From assembly GCA_963713975.1 (NCBI GenBank), contig OY970218.1, positions 1,024,001-1,088,000 of the forward strand: 64,000 nt of DNA, written 5' to 3'. How positions within the stretch are numbered: position 1 is the first letter of the stretch; every line of letters begins with the position of its first letter. This DNA comes from an uncultured Chloroflexia bacterium. GTDB taxonomy: Bacteria; Chloroflexota; Limnocylindria; Limnocylindrales; CSP1-4. This document shows, piece after piece, positions 1 to 17,276 of the stretch. The translations under genes and the position numbers were made by a program. The notes beneath the pieces were generated by a model. The model worked only from the letters and a program-made list of their open reading frames with translations, ran no database searches and was not told where the DNA came from.

Positions 1-854
1 CACGGCGAACACGAAGTCGGACTCCTGAACCGGAAGGAATCCGCCCGGAGGTGGCTGCCGTTCGTGAGACCGGTTCCCAGCAGGCCGCCGGAGCTGACCG
101 TGATCTGGGACTGGGCGACCTGCCAACCCGCGCCCTGCGTATCCGCGGTGGGGCTGATGAACGACAGGATGCGGTCCTTCTGGTAGTCGCGCAGCACGTA
201 GCTCCAGACGATGGGAATGGCCGCCAGGACGACCAACGCGATCGCCACCAGCCAGCGCAGGCTGGCTCCGGACATGAACAGCATCCCGCCGAGGATCGCG
301 AGGAGCACGAGGCTGGTGCCGAGGTCGGGCTGCATCATGACGAGCGCCCACGCCGGGATCATCAGGAGACACGCACCCAGGATCGACCACAGCGAGTCGA
401 GGCGGCCCTCGCGATTGCCGAGATACGCGGCCAGGACCGTGATCATCAGGATCTTGGCGAGCTCGGAGAACTGGAACTGGAACGGCCCGAAGCTCACCCA
501 GCGAGCGGATCCGCCGACGCCGTCGCCGATGAGGAGGGTCAGCACGAGCAGCCCGATGTTGACGAGGTAGATCGGCCAGGCCAGCGTCTTGAGCCACCGG
601 TAGTCGAACGCCGTCATGATCATGAACACGACCATCGCGAGGCCGGTCCACATCAGCGCCCGCTGGAACACGGTTCCACCCTCGAGCACGGACTGGCCGG
701 CCTCAACGCTGTTCGTGTACGCCATAGCGAGGCCCACCGCCGCGAGCAGCGCCGCGAACACAGTGAGCTGGAGGTCGTAGGCGCGCCAGACTGCACCGAC
801 GGCCTTCGAGGTCGAGTCGGCGAAACGCCCGGGTTCGGCCCGCATCACGCGCAT
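1..854 (-). CDS. rodA: Rod shape-determining protein RodA (FtsW/RodA/SpoVE family); runs off the window start; apparent 1-nt frameshift near 46-53
   Basis: Manual translation from ATG at 854 (MRVMRAEP...WRAYDLQL...) gives QFSELAK and QSQITVSSGGLLGTG. FLPVQESDFVFAV follows in a shifted frame. Directly downstream of mrdA. Confidence 0.9.
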   Translation of the reverse strand, partial: MRVMRAEPGRFADSTSKAVGAVWRAYDLQLTVFAALLAAVGLAMAYTNSVEAGQSVLEGGTVFQRALMWTGLAMVVFMIMTAFDYRWLKTLAWPIYLVNIGLLVLTLLIGDGVGGSARWVSFGPFQFQFSELAKILMITVLAAYLGNREGRLDSLWSILGACLLMIPAWALVMMQPDLGTSLVLLAILGGMLFMSGASLRWLVAIALVVLAAIPIVWSYVLRDYQKDRILSFISPTADTQGAGWQVAQSQITVSSGGLLGTGLTNGSHLRADSFRFRSPTSCSP

Positions 855-865
855 TCGAGCCCGCC

Positions 866-2767
866 CTAGTTGCTCTGGTAGAAGTTGCCGCGCCGCAGCA
901 GGTCGCGGTTGAGGTAGTCCTTCTTGATATCGAAATGCAGCTGCAGGAAGGCTTTGGCGATCTCCGTCCCCGCGTTTCCCTTGGTCCGCGAGTCGTAGGC
1001 GAAGGCCAGGAACGCGAGCTGGGAATCGGTCTTCGTGAAGTCGGCCTTGTACGGGTTCTTGGGCACGAAGCCGACGAACCACGAGTGGAATGGCAGACGG
1101 CCCTTCTTGTCGCGAGTGCCGAACTCCGCCGTACCCGACTTGCCGGCCACCTTCACGGGCATATCGACGAGGTTGTAGGTGTGGCGGAGAGTGACGGTCG
1201 AGCGCGCGGCGAGACGCATCGCCCGCAATGTCTTCTGCGACACCTTCATCTTGCGAATCAGATCAGGCTTGAACGAGGTGACGACCTCCCCATCGGGTCC
1301 CACGATCTCGCGCACGATCTGCGGCCGGTAGAGCTTGCCGCCGTTCGCCAGCGCGGTGTAAGCGTTGATCAACTGGATCGGCGTGACGACGTCGTAGCCC
1401 TGCCCAATGCCGGCCTGGTAGACCTCACCCGGGAACATCGGCTGGCCGAGCGCCTCGATCTTCCACTGGTTGGACGGCACGATCCCGGAGACCTCGCCGG
1501 GCAGGTCGATTCCGGTGGTATTTCCGAACCCGTACATGCGGGCCCAGTACGCCAGGCGATCCGCGCCCAGCATGCCTGCCAGCTGGAAGAAGTACGTGTC
1601 CGACGAGTGGCCGAAGCCGCAGTTCATATCGCACAGGCCGAAGCCGCGTCGGTTCCAGTCGTAGAAGCGCGAAGCGCCCAGCGTCAGGTAGCCGCGGGTG
1701 CGGATCTTGGTCGTGGGCGTAATCTTGCCGTCCTGGATGGCGCCCGTCCCGGCGACCAGCTTGTACGTCGAACCCGGCGGGTAGTGGGCCTGGACCGCGT
1801 GATTGGTCAACGGCTTGTCGGGGTTCTTGAGCAGCGCCTGGAAGTCCTTGTTGGAGATACCGCGGGCGAAGAGGTTGTTGTCGTAGGTGGGCAGGCTAAC
1901 TAGCGCCAGCACCTCGCCCGTCTGCGGGTTCATCACGATGAACACGCCCCGCTTGAGGCCGGCCGCCTTCATGCCCCACTTGAGGGCCTGGGTAGCCTCA
2001 CGCTGGATCGTCTGATCGATGGTGAGTTTGAGCGAGGCACCAGGCACGGCGTCCTGGGTGGTCTGGAGCACCTGGATGTCCTTGCCGGTCGCGTCCTTCT
2101 CGACGACCTGGACGCCATATGTGCCGCGGAGCTCGCTTTCGAACGTCGACTCGACGCCGGCCTTGCCGATCATGTCGTCGGCGAGATATCCGTCGGCCCT
2201 CAGCCGGCTGTACGTTCCACCGTCGATCGGCCCCGTGTAGCCCAGGATGTGGGCCAGCAGCGGGCCATCGGGGTACTCGCGACGGGTCTCCACGACCACA
2301 TGCACGCCCGGCAGCTGGTCGGAGGACTCGGAGACGAGGTGCGCCGTGTCCTCCGGGACGTCCTGGGCAATGCGCACCGGGTCGAAGCGGGACCCGGGGG
2401 CGCTGTCGAGCGTGGCCAGGATGTCCGAGGCCTCCATGCCCAGCATGCCCGAAAGACGCTGTGCCACATCCCCACGCTCGTCGAACGGGAGGTCCGACGG
2501 GGTGATCTTGACGGCGAAGGTCGCGACGTTGGCGACGAGAAGCCTGCCGGTGCGGTCGTAGATCAGGCCTCGCGGAGCGGGGATCGCCTCATCGGCCGTC
2601 CGCTGTGCTTCCGCGCGGGCCGCAGACGCCTGGCCACTCGTGATCTGGAGGTAGGCCAGGCGCGAGGTGAGGGTGCCGAACACGAGGATCGCGGCAATCC
2701 CGAACACGAGGAAACGGATCGGACGTCGATCCCGCTCGCGGTTGGGGGTGAGGAAGGTGTCGCTCAC
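866..2767 (-). CDS. mrdA: Penicillin-binding protein 2 (class B transpeptidase)
   Basis: N-terminal TM helix, PRGLIYDR, SxxK (STYK), SSD at the SxN position, KSGT motif; lies between mreD and rodA. Confidence 0.95.
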   Translation of the reverse strand: MSDTFLTPNRERDRRPIRFLVFGIAAILVFGTLTSRLAYLQITSGQASAARAEAQRTADEAIPAPRGLIYDRTGRLLVANVATFAVKITPSDLPFDERGDVAQRLSGMLGMEASDILATLDSAPGSRFDPVRIAQDVPEDTAHLVSESSDQLPGVHVVVETRREYPDGPLLAHILGYTGPIDGGTYSRLRADGYLADDMIGKAGVESTFESELRGTYGVQVVEKDATGKDIQVLQTTQDAVPGASLKLTIDQTIQREATQALKWGMKAAGLKRGVFIVMNPQTGEVLALVSLPTYDNNLFARGISNKDFQALLKNPDKPLTNHAVQAHYPPGSTYKLVAGTGAIQDGKITPTTKIRTRGYLTLGASRFYDWNRRGFGLCDMNCGFGHSSDTYFFQLAGMLGADRLAYWARMYGFGNTTGIDLPGEVSGIVPSNQWKIEALGQPMFPGEVYQAGIGQGYDVVTPIQLINAYTALANGGKLYRPQIVREIVGPDGEVVTSFKPDLIRKMKVSQKTLRAMRLAARSTVTLRHTYNLVDMPVKVAGKSGTAEFGTRDKKGRLPFHSWFVGFVPKNPYKADFTKTDSQLAFLAFAYDSRTKGNAGTEIAKAFLQLHFDIKKDYLNRDLLRRGNFYQSN

Positions 2768-3264
2768 CAGTCTGGCCGCTCCGCGGCGCGACGTCGCATG
2801 ACGACGGCGACGGTCAGCGGACCGACGGCCGCCGCAAGCACGGTGTCGTAGACAGCGCTGGGCACGATCGTGTCCAGGGCGGCCGACGAGATCGTGGCGG
2901 CGGTCAGAGCTGTTGTCGCGACAAGAAGAAGCATGGAGTAGACCGGACTTGCGATGGCTGTGGCGATGATGGGGGCAACGATCCGGACTCGATCCAGGAA
3001 GCCGCCGATGACGGATGCGAGGCCGATGGCGATGAGCATCGCGAATGCGGAGCTGCCGAGCGGTCGCTGCCCCAGGACGTCAAGGGCAAGCCCTCCGACG
3101 AGGGCCCAGACCAAGGCCGCCTCCAGGGTTCCAGCGATCACCCAGACGACGCCGAAGACCAGCACCACGTGCGGTACCGCATCGCCGATCTTCATGTATG
3201 GGACGATGGTGAACTCTGCAAGCGCGGCCACCACGGACAGCGCCGCGGCGATGAGAAGTTGCAT
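2764..3264 (-). CDS. mreD: Rod shape-determining protein MreD
   Basis: Hydrophobic ~166-aa protein from ATG 3264 (MQLLIAAAL) with GGLALDVL...PLG motif; overlaps the mrdA start. The ORF-track extension to 3513 runs over parS and is unlikely to be real. Confidence 0.85.
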   Translation of the reverse strand: MQLLIAAALSVVAALAEFTIVPYMKIGDAVPHVVLVFGVVWVIAGTLEAALVWALVGGLALDVLGQRPLGSSAFAMLIAIGLASVIGGFLDRVRIVAPIIATAIASPVYSMLLLVATTALTAATISSAALDTIVPSAVYDTVLAAAVGPLTVAVVMRRRAAERPDW

Positions 3265-3487
3265 CAGGGTGTTCGAACCTCGGCTGACGAGCCGACGGTC
3301 GGGAGCACGGCGATGGCGACCGCGACGACGGGTGACAGCTAGCGCGACCAGAAGTATCCCATCTCCCCTCGGAACGGGCAATCGCGGAGATGGTGAAGAC
3401 GGGGTTGCGGGTCCTGCACTGGCAGTACCGGCGATGAGCGCTATCGGGATTCGCGCGCTAGCCGGAATGGCGGATCCCGCCCGGGAA

Positions 3488-3503
3488 CGTTTCACGTGAA
3501 ACA
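3488..3503. promoter_or_regulatory. parS centromere-like site 1 (CGTTTCACGTGAAACA)
   Basis: 15/16 match to the consensus TGTTTCACGTGAAACA palindrome; upstream of parAB. Confidence 0.92.
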
Positions 3504-3659
3504 CCACGTCCACGGCTCCATCCTCGGGGCCGGCCGACCGGCAGCGTCAGATCCGGAACGACCGGCGAGCGGTCCGGCAGGTGGCGGTGGTCCGAGAGGT
3601 GGCATCGAGGCTGGCGCGGCGATGGCGCCCCTGTCGGGACCGGAAACCGCGAACGGCGA

Positions 3660-3675
3660 CGTTTCACGTGAAACA
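3660..3675. promoter_or_regulatory. parS centromere-like site 2 (CGTTTCACGTGAAACA)
   Basis: Identical 16-mer to site 1, 172 bp away. Confidence 0.92.
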
Positions 3676-3787
3676 CCCACGTGGCGAATGACTGCGGGCG
3701 TCCGATGAGTCGCCGGTAAGTGGTTTCGCGCATCCTCGGGAGTGACCGGACGCGGCACCCGTCCAAGCCCGGTCCAAGGGGCCTCGA

Positions 3788-3796
3788 TGCTAGAAT
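3788..3796 (+). promoter_or_regulatory. Putative extended -10 promoter of the parA operon (TGcTAGAAT)
   Basis: TGn-TAGAAT about 35 nt upstream of the parA GTG; GGAGG SD at 3823-3827. Confidence 0.55.
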
Positions 3797-3831
3797 TGGA
3801 GTTCATGATCAAGCTTCGGAGTGGAGGCTGA

Positions 3832-4625
3832 GTGGGCCAGACGATCGCCTGCACAAATCAGAAGGGCGGCGTCGGGAAGACCACCACAGTGGTCAATCTC
3901 GCAACCTATCTGGCTCTGCTAGGTGACCGCGTCCTCGTCATCGACCTCGATCCCCAGGGCAACGCCTCGAGCGGCTTCGGGATCGAGCGTGCTTCCCTCG
4001 AGGGATCCGTCTACGACGCGCTCGTCGACGATCGGCCCCTCGCGACGCTCCACGTTGAGACCCCGGTTCCCGGACTGCGGCTGGTCCCATCGTCGATCGC
4101 CCTCGCGGGCGCCGAGATCGAGCTCGCCGGCGAGGCGGGTCGGGAGCACCGGCTCGGGCGCGTGCTCCAGGCCGAGCGGGATGCCTGGGACTGGATCCTC
4201 GTGGACTGCCCGCCGTCTCTCGGGCTGCTGACGGTCAACGCGCTGACCGGCACCGATGCCGTCCTGATCCCGATCCAGTGCGAGTACTACGCGCTCGAGG
4301 GCCTGACGCAGCTGATCGCGACCATCAACCTCGTGCGAGACCACCTGAACCCCGACCTGGCGATCTCCGGAGTGCTCCTGACCATGTTCGACGCCCGCAC
4401 GAACCTGTCCGCGGAGGTCGCCGGTGAGGTTCGACGGCACCTTGGCGATGCCGTCTTCCGGACGGTCGTCCCCCGCAGCGTCCGCCTCTCGGAGGCACCC
4501 AGCCACGGACTTCCGATCGCCCTGTATCGACCGGAGTCCAAGGGTGCCGAGGCATACCTGGCGCTGGCCGGCGAGCTGCGAGCACGTCGCGGACTCGGGG
4601 CTGCCGGCATCAGCGGAGCCGTCGC

Positions 4626-4629
<4 letters not shown>
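3832..4629 (+). CDS. parA: Chromosome partitioning ATPase ParA/Soj
   Basis: Deviant Walker A NQKGGVGKTT, DLDPQGN, DCPPSLG. Confidence 0.97.
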
Positions 4630-7981
<3,352 letters not shown>

Positions 7982-7985
<4 letters not shown>

Positions 7986-8962
7986 CGACCGCGGCCACGC
8001 TGAGCCCCGCCACGGAACGAGCGCACACGTTCGTCGCCGCAAGGCTGGACGACGCCGCGGCGCTTGGCCGGGCCGCCGGCGATCTCGTGCACGATCCCGC
8101 CGCCCTGGTGGCCGCCCTGCGGACCGGTCTGGCCCCCCTTGCCGACCCGGAGTACCTCGTCGGTCAGCGCCTGGTCGCTCCCGGACTCGGACCGGTGCTC
8201 GGCGTGCGCACACCACTCCTCGGGGCCGTCGGCCGCGGCCTGCGCACGGCCACGCGCGGGGACCGGCCGACGACGGTGCTGGACATCGCCGCAGCGATGC
8301 TCCGGGAGCCACTGGCTGAGCTCCGCTGGCTCGCCATCGATCTGCTCGAGCGGACCGTTGCGCCCGAGCCCGAGCTGACCTGGCAGCTGGTGCGATCCAC
8401 CGCCGGCCGGGCGACCGAATGGGTCACTGTCGACCGGCTTGCCCATGTCGCCGGCCGAGGGATCCTCGACGAGCCATATCGCTGGGCCGAGCTGGAGCAG
8501 CTCGTGTACTCGCCATCACGCTGGGAGCGGCGCCTCGTCGGATCCACCGTGGCCACGATCCCGTTCGTGGACCGGACCGCGGGTCGCACGCCCGAGGTGG
8601 CCCGTCGCGGCCTGGCCCTCGTGGGCGACCTCGTCGGCGACGCGGAACCGGACGTCCAGAAGTCGCTCTCCTGGGCGCTGCGGACCATGGCCCAGATCGA
8701 TCCGCCCGGCACGGTGGCGCTTCTGCGATCGGAGGCGGCTCGAGCGGCATCGTCCGCCGACGGCCACCGCGCCTGGGTGATCCGAGACACGTTCCCCAAG
8801 CTGCCGGCGCCCATCCGGGACGAGCTCGCAGCCATCCTCGCCGGGATCCGCAAGCGCCCCGGCGCCCCGTCGACGTCCCGTGCCTCGGCGACCGCCGCCG
8901 ATTTCCTCGCGTTCGGCGGCGGGGTCCCGCCCGCGGAGCGCACCGTCATCGACCGAACCTGA
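7982..8962 (+). CDS. HEAT-repeat DNA alkylation repair (AlkD-like) protein
   Basis: LGVRTP, EWVTVD, SRWERR and DVQKSLSWALR motifs; GTGA overlap with the thioesterase stop. Confidence 0.75.
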
Positions 8963-9005
8963 CCGGGCTGCCTGACGACCCGACCGACCGGAGGAGAGCC
9001 ACCAC

Positions 9006-11579
9006 GTGACCGACAACCTGGGCGACGTCCGAGCCATCCGCATCGAAGACGAGATGCGTGTCTCGTACCTCGACTACGCGATGAGCGTCATCGTCGCTCG
9101 CGCGCTGCCGGACGTCCGCGACGGCCTCAAGCCGGTGCACCGGCGGATCCTGTACACGATGGGCGAGATGGGGCTCTCTGCCACGAGCTCCTACCGCAAG
9201 TGCGCGGCCATCGTCGGCGAGGTGATGGGCAAGTACCACCCGCACGGCGACGTCGCGCTCTACGACGCGCTGGTCCGGCTGGCCCAGGACTTCTCCCTCC
9301 GTTACCCCTTGGTTGATGGGCAGGGCAACTTCGGCTCGATCGACGGCGACTCCGCCGCCGCGATGCGGTACACCGAGGCCCGACTCACCGCGATCTCCGC
9401 GGAGATGCTCGCGGACATCGACAAGGACACGGTCGACTACACCGACAACTACGACGGCACCCAGAAGGAGCCGACGGTCCTGCCGGCCAAGCTGCCGAAC
9501 CTGCTGATCAACGGCTCATCGGGGATTGCGGTCGGCATGGCCACCAACATCCCGCCCCACCACCTGGGTGAGGTTGCCGACGCGACGGTCGCGCTGATCG
9601 ACGATCCCTCGATCACTAACGACGACCTGTGCGGCATCGTCCGCGGTCCGGACTTCCCGACCGGTGCCTCGATCTTCCGCTACGAGACGCGGCGCAACGC
9701 GCTGACCGGCGAGCAGGAGACGATCGACGCCATCCGCGAGATGTACGCCCACGGCCACGGGCGCGTCGTGATGCGGGCACAGGTGGCGTTCGAGGAGAGC
9801 CGCCAGGACCGGACGGCGATCATCGTCACCGAGCTGCCGTACCAGGTGAACAAGGCCAACCTGCTCGAGAAGATCGCCGACCTGGTCAAGGACAAGAAGC
9901 TCGACGGCATCTCGGACCTGCGCGACGAGTCGGACCGCGACGGGATGCGGATCTTCATCGAGGTCAAGCGGGATGCCAACCCCCACAAGGTGCTGAACAA
10001 CCTGTTCAAGCACACGGCTCTCCAGACGACCTTCAACCTCAACATGCTGGCGCTCGTCGACGGCCAGCCGCAGACTCTGTCCCTCAAGAGCGTCATCGGC
10101 CACTACGTCGAGCACCGGCGCGAGATCGTCCGCCGCCGCACCGAGTACGACCTCGAGAAGGCGCGGTCCCGGGCCCACATCCTCGAGGGGCTCAAGATCG
10201 CGCTCGACAACCTCGACGAGGTCATCAGGACGATCCGCGAGTCGGCCGACGTCGAGCGAGCCCGCAACAACCTCATGACCCGCTTCGGGCTGTCCGAGCT
10301 GCAGGCCCAGGCAATCCTGGACATGCGCCTCGCCCGCCTGGCCGCCCTCGAGCGCCAGAAGATCGAGGACGAGTACCTGGCCGTCATCCAGCTCATCGCC
10401 GAGCTGGAGGACATCCTGGGCAACCCGGCCCGCGTGCTGTCGATCATCAAGGACGAGCTGGCGGAGCTGAAGAAGAAGTACGCCGGCGAGCGCCGCACCC
10501 GCGTCGTGGACGACTCCAGCCGCGAGATGACCGACGAGGACCTGATCGCCGACGAGGACGTCGTCGTCACGATCAGCCGGCGCGGCTACATCAAGCGCCA
10601 GCCCGTGGCCACGTATCGCCGCCAGCACCGGGGCGGCAAGGGGATCATCGGCCACGTGACCCGCGAGGAGGATGCCGTCGAGCATCTCCTCGCCGCCAAC
10701 ACCCACGACTGGGCCCTGTTCTTCACGAACCGCGGCCGGGTGTTCTCGGCCAAGGTCCACGCGATCCCCGACGCGTCGCGCCAGGGCAAGGGGATGGCGA
10801 TCATCAACCTACCGGGCGTCCAGGTGGACTCCGGAGAGGTACCGGTGGCCACCATCTGCCTGCCGGACTTCGGGCCCGGCCACTACCTGGTCCTCGCGAC
10901 CCGGCGCGGCGTCATCAAGAAGACGCCGCTCGAGCAGTTCGAGCGGGTGCGCTCGACGGGCATCCGCGCGATCACCATCGCCGATGGCGACGAGCTGGCA
11001 TGGGTGTCAATCTCGTCCGGCGAGGACGACGTGATCATTGCCACCGCCCAGGGCATGCTCGCGCGCTTCTCAGAGGGCGAGGTCCGGGCGATGGGCCGCG
11101 ACGCCGGCGGGGTCATCGGCATCCGCCTGGCCCGCCTGGGGGACGCGGTGGTCTCAATGACCGTCGTGGAACCCGACGCCGAGCTGCTGGTCCTGTCCGA
11201 GACCGGGTACGGGAAGCGCGTGGCGCTCACGGAGTTCCGGCGCAAGCATCGGGGCGGTCAAGGCGTGCGCCTGATCGCGCTCGAGGGCCGGAAGACCGGC
11301 CTCGTCGCCGCGGTCCAGCAGGTGACCACCGAGGACGAGGAGCTGCTGCTGATCTCGTCCAACGGCCAGGTGATCCGCACCGACACCAACTCGATCAATC
11401 GCTATTCCGCCGCGGCCCGCGGCGTGATCGTGATGCGGCTGGGCGAGGGCGACACGGTCGCCGCCATCGCCGCCTTCCGGTCGGGGCTGGCGGAGCGTGG
11501 GGCCATCGGCGACAATGACGACCCCCAGCCCGACGGCGGCGCACCGGCGGGCGCGGGAACCGGACCAGCAGGCTCGTGA
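9006..11579 (+). CDS. gyrA: DNA gyrase subunit A
   Basis: [21 protein letters not shown], catalytic Tyr in AAMRYTE, GyrA-box QHRGGKG, pinwheel repeats. Confidence 0.97.
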   Translation: MTDNLGDVRAIRIEDEMRVSYLDYAMSVIVARALPDVRDGLKPVHRRILYTMGEMGLSATSSYRKCAAIVGEVMGKYHPHGDVALYDALVRLAQDFSLRYPLVDGQGNFGSIDGDSAAAMRYTEARLTAISAEMLADIDKDTVDYTDNYDGTQKEPTVLPAKLPNLLINGSSGIAVGMATNIPPHHLGEVADATVALIDDPSITNDDLCGIVRGPDFPTGASIFRYETRRNALTGEQETIDAIREMYAHGHGRVVMRAQVAFEESRQDRTAIIVTELPYQVNKANLLEKIADLVKDKKLDGISDLRDESDRDGMRIFIEVKRDANPHKVLNNLFKHTALQTTFNLNMLALVDGQPQTLSLKSVIGHYVEHRREIVRRRTEYDLEKARSRAHILEGLKIALDNLDEVIRTIRESADVERARNNLMTRFGLSELQAQAILDMRLARLAALERQKIEDEYLAVIQLIAELEDILGNPARVLSIIKDELAELKKKYAGERRTRVVDDSSREMTDEDLIADEDVVVTISRRGYIKRQPVATYRRQHRGGKGIIGHVTREEDAVEHLLAANTHDWALFFTNRGRVFSAKVHAIPDASRQGKGMAIINLPGVQVDSGEVPVATICLPDFGPGHYLVLATRRGVIKKTPLEQFERVRSTGIRAITIADGDELAWVSISSGEDDVIIATAQGMLARFSEGEVRAMGRDAGGVIGIRLARLGDAVVSMTVVEPDAELLVLSETGYGKRVALTEFRRKHRGGQGVRLIALEGRKTGLVAAVQQVTTEDEELLLISSNGQVIRTDTNSINRYSAAARGVIVMRLGEGDTVAAIAAFRSGLAERGAIGDNDDPQPDGGAPAGAGTGPAGS

Positions 11580-12643
11580 TGACCGCCTTCGGCGCACGGG
11601 AGGCCGACGTGTACGCGGACCAGTACGAGATCTACCACGGGAACGCCAACCCGGAGCTGGCCCGGAAGATCGCGCATTGGCTCGCCAGCGAGCCCGGCCG
11701 CGCCGAGGTGTTCAGGTTCGCGAACGAGAACATCTTCGTCCGCATCCTGGACAACGTGCGCGAGAAGGACATCTTCCTGGTCCAGCCCACGTCGCGGCCC
11801 GTGAACCAGTCGATCATGGAGCTGCTGATCATGATCGACGCCTTCAAGCGGGCGTCTGCCGGGCGGATCACCGCCGTCGTGCCGTACTACGCCTACGGCC
11901 GCTCCGACAAGAAGGACCAGCCGCGCGTCCCGATCACCGCCCGGCTCATCGCCGACATGATCTCGGTGGCCGGCGCGGACCGGATGCTGACCATGGATCT
12001 CCACCAGGGCCAGATCCAGGGCTTCTTCAACATCCCCGTGGACGAGCTCACGGCGGTCCACATGCTCAGCCGCTACTTCCTGGACCGCGACCTCCAGGAC
12101 TGCGTGGTCGTCACCGATCTCGGCTTCGCCAAGCGCGCCCGGGCGTTCGCGGAGCTGCTGGATGCACCCCTGGCCATCGTCGAGAAGCGCCGCCACGGCA
12201 ACCTCGACCGGGCGGAGGTCGTCAACGTCATCGGCGAGGTCCGCGGCCGGCGCGTGATCATCGTGGACGACGAGATCGACACGGCCGGCACGCTCATCGA
12301 GATCACCCGCGCGCTCGAGAAGGAGGGCGTGCACGAGATCTACGCCTGCGCCACCCACGGCGTGCTGTCGGACCCGGCGATCGACCGGATCGCGAACTCC
12401 AGCCTGGCGGAGGTGGTGATCACGGACACGATCCCGCTCCCGGCCGACAAGCACATCCCCCAGCTGAGGGTCCTGTCCGTGGCGCCGCTCATCGGCGAGG
12501 CCATCAAGCGGATCCACCGCGGCGAGTCCGTGGGCGCCCTGTTCTCGTCCGAGCTGTCGTTCACCCAGGAGATGCTCCTGTGGGAGGACGGGGTGGGCGT
12601 GGCGATCGCCCCGACGGACGGTGACGGCGTACCATCATCCTGA
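11576..12643 (+). CDS. prs: Ribose-phosphate pyrophosphokinase
   Basis: [25 protein letters not shown] (PRT motif), ATHGVLS. Confidence 0.95.
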   Translation: MMTAFGAREADVYADQYEIYHGNANPELARKIAHWLASEPGRAEVFRFANENIFVRILDNVREKDIFLVQPTSRPVNQSIMELLIMIDAFKRASAGRITAVVPYYAYGRSDKKDQPRVPITARLIADMISVAGADRMLTMDLHQGQIQGFFNIPVDELTAVHMLSRYFLDRDLQDCVVVTDLGFAKRARAFAELLDAPLAIVEKRRHGNLDRAEVVNVIGEVRGRRVIIVDDEIDTAGTLIEITRALEKEGVHEIYACATHGVLSDPAIDRIANSSLAEVVITDTIPLPADKHIPQLRVLSVAPLIGEAIKRIHRGESVGALFSSELSFTQEMLLWEDGVGVAIAPTDGDGVPSS

Positions 12644-12684
12644 CCCCACCGGCGGGCGTCTGACCCGCCACCTCTCGGAGACGC

Positions 12685-12939
12685 ATGAGCCTGCAGCTGC
12701 ACAGCCCGGACGGCAAGGGGGGCCTCGAGGTCCGGCCCACGACCGAGGAGGGCTACCGGTCCACGCTGCGCAGCCCCCGCTGGGGCGCGGCGCTCAGGGG
12801 CGGCCGTCTGCCGGAGCTCTCGAACCCCGAGATGAACCCCACGTCGACCGCCCGGTCGGTGGCGTTCTGGGGCGTCCTCGGCCTGATCACCTTCGGGATC
12901 ATCGTCGCGGGCTACGGCACCGGCCTCTGGACCCTCTGA
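12685..12939 (+). CDS. Small hypothetical membrane protein (C-terminal TM)
   Basis: 84-aa ORF with GGAG SD, high GC3 and one hydrophobic helix. Confidence 0.65.
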   Translation: MSLQLHSPDGKGGLEVRPTTEEGYRSTLRSPRWGAALRGGRLPELSNPEMNPTSTARSVAFWGVLGLITFGIIVAGYGTGLWTL

Positions 12940-12982
12940 GGCGCGGGAACCAGAACACGATCCCAGGCGTCCGGAGGGCACC

Positions 12983-13228
12983 ATGCAGCGGATCCTGATC
13001 TGCACCGGCGTCCTCGGCGGGGGTACCGCCATCGTCTTCCTCCTGGCCGCGATGACAGCCGCCCTGTTTCCCAACGGGACGATGGTCAACGCGGGCTGGA
13101 ACGGCGGCTGGGCGAAGGGCGGCATGGAGGTCGTGGTCGAGGCGCAGCCTCCCATGATCATGCCGGCCGACGGCGGCCCGATCCCCGGAGGCCTGGACGT
13201 CGTGGTCGATGGCGTGCAAGAGAAGTAG
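12983..13228 (+). CDS. Small hypothetical membrane/secreted protein
   Basis: GGAGG SD and N-terminal hydrophobic segment; 81 aa. Confidence 0.65.
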   Translation: MQRILICTGVLGGGTAIVFLLAAMTAALFPNGTMVNAGWNGGWAKGGMEVVVEAQPPMIMPADGGPIPGGLDVVVDGVQEK

Positions 13229-13318
13229 CCGCGGCAGACCGATGCGGCCGCGAGCACCCGAGCCTCGGCTGTCGCGATAACCGGGCTCACCGGCCCTCCA
13301 CCCTATACTCAGCCGGCC

Positions 13319-16311
<2,993 letters not shown>

Positions 16312-16327
<16 letters not shown>

Positions 16328-16950
16328 CCCGCGGCGTCCGACTCCTGGTGCGCGTCATCCTGCTCGGGGGCCTGGTGGTCGCCGTCGCGGCCTGCGTCGC
16401 GACCATCCTCGTCTGGCAGCAGGGCGACCGTGACGAACAGCGACCCGCCGATGCGATCGTGGTGCTGGGGGCCGCCCAGTACGACGGCCGGCCGTCTCCG
16501 GTCTTCGAGGCTCGGCTGGACCACGCCGTGAACCTGTGGCACGCCGGCCTGGCCAAGGCGTTCGTGGTCACCGGTGGCAAGTTGCCCGGCGACCGCACGA
16601 CCGAGGCGGCGGTTGCCCGCAGGTACGCGATCGAGCACGGGGTGCCCGCGGAGGCGATCTTCGGTGAGGATCAGGCCCACAACACGCTGACGTCGCTGGC
16701 CGCAGTGGCGGACGAGCTCCGCGCTCGAGGCATGGACAACGCGATCTTCGTGTCCGACCCGACCCACATGCTGCGCGTCCTGTGGATAGCCGATGACCTG
16801 GGCATCGATGCGTATGGTTCGCCGACGCCAACCTCGCCGGTCCAGCACGACCTGCTGCGCCGCGCCCAGGCCACGATCCACGAGCTCGGTGCCCTGGCCG
16901 TCTATCTCCTCACCGGCGACAGCCCACAGGTGGAGCAGGCCGGCGGCTGA
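16312..16950 (+). CDS. YdcF/DUF218 family membrane-anchored protein
   Basis: ADAIVVLGA, RLDHA, VTGG, VSDPTHMLR. Start uncertain (GTG 16312 or 16348). Confidence 0.85.
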
Positions 16951-17276
16951 CGCCCGTCATCCTCGGTTGGGGCCACATCCGCGGACCCCATGGGGCCTCC
17001 CGATATCGGCCATGTCCGTGCCCGATCCGGCACCGTTTCCGTGAACGATCACGGAACTTCGGCCCAGGATGGGCCGAATCTGGACGAAGTCCCCGAAAAA
17101 GACGCCCGAAACCCAGTCTGCCCTCTTGGAATGCGTCGAATCGGCCCCTGATACTCGGAACCAGTCTTCCGCCCCCAGGGACCGGCGCCGTCGCCCATGA
17201 GTCGCCCCGAATGCTCTCGGCGCCCCGTCCCGAACCGTCACCTCCTTCGACAGCGGAAGACGAGGAGAGAGGGACT

